From positions 21,452,001-21,516,000 of the forward strand of contig NC_092674.1 in assembly GCF_964355755.1 (NCBI RefSeq): DNA of 64,000 nucleotides, in the 5' to 3' direction. Shown one piece after another: positions 62,793 to 64,000 of the stretch (its first letter is position 1; each line of letters begins with the position of its first letter). Origin of the DNA: Antedon mediterranea. Lineage: Eukaryota > Animalia > Echinodermata. The position numbers and the translations under genes are program-made. The notes below the pieces were generated by a model. The model saw only the letters and a program-made list of their open reading frames with translations. It searched no databases and was not told the DNA's origin.

Positions 62793-63185
62793 ACTTTTTC
62801 TCATTCTCCCAGATTTCCTCATCTTTATCGTTTCAAAAATTAATTAAATAATTTTCAGTGTATCACCGGGCGGTTTGGAATTTATTTCTATGCCTGTTGT
62901 GTTTATATATATATCGGTTGGGGGCGACTTTTTCTCATTCTCACAGATTTCCTCATCTTTATCGTTTCAAAAATTAATTAAATAATTTTCAGTGTATCAC
63001 CGGGCGGTTTGGAATTTATTTCTATGCCTGTTGTGTTTATATATATATCGGTTGGGGGCGACTTTTTCTCATTCTCACAGATTTCCTCATCTTTATCGTT
63101 TCAAATTAATTAATTAAATTTCAGTATATCACCGGGCGGTTTAGAATTAATGTTCTTTGCCTGATTTGTTTATATATATATATAT
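62781..63185 (+). repeat. Three tandem ~134-bp copies of the tRNA 3' end plus trailer, each ending in (TA)n
   Basis: TCGGTTGGGG at 62781, 62914, 63048. Confidence 0.9.
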
Positions 63186-63372
63186 AATATATAAATCCAA
63201 AGGCAAATTACTGAAAAAAATGACAATGCTGTGGGTATCAGTGGCTGGATCTCAATGGAGATACAAAAATAAAAAGCGAAAAGCTAAATCAAAACGATAA
63301 AGTAAACAGCCAGAAAAGTTAGCAGAGCTTTCGGGCAACACTAGCCCTTCATCAGTGCAAGTGAAGGAATTT

Positions 63373-64000
63373 CAGACCTCCCAACTCTCCCGAAAATCGC
63401 GGGAGTCTCCCGATTTTTTTGGTTCTCTCCCGCGAAACCCAAATTTCCCCCGATTTTTTCATTTTTGGATAAAAATTTCCCGATTTTAAATAAGGAACAT
63501 ATACAATATGGCCAAGCCAAGTAATCACATTTTTAACGTTGGATTTTGTTGAATTGACAGGGCGTTGTGAAGTTGGTTGTTTAGTTAAAAGCAAAACAAA
63601 AGCCACACGCAAATACCATTGTTCGTAAAAAGATAAATAAAACAAAGCATACTCGAATAAAACAAAGAGTACTACTTCCCTTCTTTGTTGACTAATTAAA
63701 TACGCCTAGGTGGGTCGCCTAAACAACATGGCATGGTAGGTGTGGGCTGGCAGATAGAATTGCATTCAGCAAGATTTTTGTGAATAAACGACCAATCAAA
63801 TCAATCCCTTGAAAAACCACTTATTGACCACGTATAATTAAAAAAAAAGATGCATTTTTTAATTACTTATCAACTGATCGCCATTCAACTAGTTAAAATA
63901 ATATTACAATTTCAAATAAATAATTTACGATGTCAGCTCGGCCGCCGAAGAAAAAAATTAAGTATGCAGCAAAGTTCAAACCAGAGTTCACAGAAGATCG
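63373..64000 (+). mobile_element. Left end of a probable hAT-type DNA transposon; ORF starts at 63930 and runs off the window
   Basis: CAGACCTCCCAACTC terminus with repeated TCCCG subterminal motifs; MSARPPKKKIKYAAKFKPEF resembles the start of Zn-finger hAT transposases. Confidence 0.45.

Overview
AT-rich, intron-containing animal DNA (an invertebrate, possibly a marine deuterostome; this is inference only), mostly made of nested transposable elements. Host genes: a spliced CXorf38/DUF4559-like gene on the minus strand (352-6046, possibly continuing past the window start) and a frameshifted SLC7/cationic amino-acid transporter pseudogene (10171-12562). From about 16.7 to 45.7 kb there is one nested stack: a 68-bp repeat array holds a BEL/Pao LTR element, which holds an L2-group LINE and two Academ-like long-TIR elements; these in turn hold a Gmr1-type Gypsy (integrase before RT) and a young PNMA-gag Gypsy. 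Further right, a CR1/L2-group LINE is split by a palindromic element that contains a complete Kolobok transposon (intact THAP-DDE transposase plus a decayed P2X7-ballast-like second gene). A Penelope element with hammerhead-like motifs, a decayed L1/Tx1 with HINE-like inserts, a tRNA-like unit and a probable hAT left end follow. The most striking observation is in the 1251-bp LTRs of the young Gypsy: a 106-bp segment running exactly from the predicted TSS to a splice donor is repeated exactly at the predicted poly(A) site. This suggests the 5' LTR splices out its own poly(A) signal and that the LTR is rebuilt by end-to-end strand transfer. All calls were made by eye, with no database search.
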